From contig CAWCRR010000047.1 in the NCBI GenBank assembly GCA_963797825.1, forward strand, positions 108,060 through 172,059: DNA of 64,000 bases, read 5' to 3'. A program made the translations under genes and the position numbers. This DNA is from an uncultured Verrucomicrobiae bacterium. Lineage in GTDB: Bacteria > Verrucomicrobiota > Verrucomicrobiia > Limisphaerales > UBA11358. Position 1 is the stretch's first letter, and each line of letters begins with the position of its first letter. The notes under the pieces are model-generated. The model ran no database searches and was not told the origin of the DNA. It saw only the letters and a program-made list of their open reading frames with translations. Of this stretch, positions 63,521-64,000 are shown in pieces.

Positions 63521-63652
63521 TTAGCGTTCCGGTTTCTGTCCACAACGTTATCGGCAAAATCTGGCTCGGAATTAAGGGCTTTTTCCACCCCGGGATGGGA
63601 TTTCTTTTTGAATGTTGAATGTTTCCTTTGCGGCCATTCCCCCTCCCACCCC

Positions 63653-64000
63653 TCAACTCAAACTCCTCTCAACTAAATCCACCACCTGCTCAACCGCAAT
63701 CCCCTTCATACACCGGAAATCAATCGGACATTCCCGCAGAAAACACGGCGAACAGGGCACATCTGACCTTATTATCCGCGAACCCTTCGAGAAAATCGGC
63801 CCCGTCAGTTCCGGCGACGTGCTCCCAAAAATCGCCACCACCGGCACCCCCAACGCCGCCGCCAGATGCATCGGCCCAGAATCATTCGTCAAAAGCGCGT
63901 TGCAAAGTTTAAGCGCAGCCATCAGCTCGCGCAGCGATGTCTTCCCCGCCAAATTTTGTATGTTGAGCTTTTGATTCTGTGCTTCGGATTCGATTTGACC
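63653..64000 (-). CDS. Glycosyltransferase family 9 (LPS heptosyltransferase-like), C-terminal part; the N-terminus lies beyond the window end
   Basis: ...NLAGKTSLRELMAALKLCNALLTNDSGPMHLAAALGVPVVAIFGSTSPELTGP...CSPCFLRECPIDFRCMKGI. The frame stays open upstream of the track start (GQIESEAQNQKLNIQN from position 64000). Confidence 0.85.
   Translation of the reverse strand, partial: GQIESEAQNQKLNIQNLAGKTSLRELMAALKLCNALLTNDSGPMHLAAALGVPVVAIFGSTSPELTGPIFSKGSRIIRSDVPCSPCFLRECPIDFRCMKGIAVEQVVDLVERSLS

Overview
High-GC 64-kb chromosomal window. Its gene and repeat content point to a PVC-superphylum bacterium, most likely Verrucomicrobiota. That placement is an inference from GloVer-repeat and PEP-CTERM proteins, kdsB-pyrG linkage, an ECF sigma factor with a long C-terminal extension, and very repeat-rich spacers. 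All homology calls rest on motifs I recognise in the translations; no searches were run. Housekeeping genes: folC (partial, missing from the ORF track), pyrG, kdsB, glmS, gmhB, a PPi-type phosphofructokinase, thiE, pdxJ, acpS, pilT and a partial GT9 heptosyltransferase. Between them lie five very large secreted proteins: a GloVer-repeat protein, an arylsulfotransferase-like protein, a beta-propeller, an NHL plus S1 protease fusion, and a He_PIG/CarboxypepD_reg protein. All five end in the same C-terminal ...W...(F/Y)YR(V/L) module. Other content: a PadR operon, an srsABC-like type III PKS / methyltransferase / flavoprotein cluster, a 1316-aa four-domain glycosyltransferase, three tandem CNNM/CorC transporters and a propeller/PAS histidine kinase. 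Observations most worth follow-up: (1) a SocA/Panacea (DUF4065) antitoxin gene followed by an unclassifiable 132-142 aa partner, a candidate new toxin-antitoxin pair, next to a YkuD-like protein whose catalytic His and Cys are replaced; (2) a displaced 3' fragment of a second glmS allele, differing only at synonymous positions, that together with the intact glmS brackets a 5-kb islet; (3) a perfect 109-bp direct repeat of the SMUG1-type UDG 3' end bracketing a glycoside hydrolase gene and removing the UDG stop codon; (4) a 2.1-kb toxin-antitoxin/Mrr islet splitting the kdsB-pyrG pair; (5) heptanucleotide tandem repeats and hairpin-forming dispersed repeats in almost every spacer, twice in frame inside genes (UDG, thiE). 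I found no rRNA, tRNA or CRISPR array by eye.
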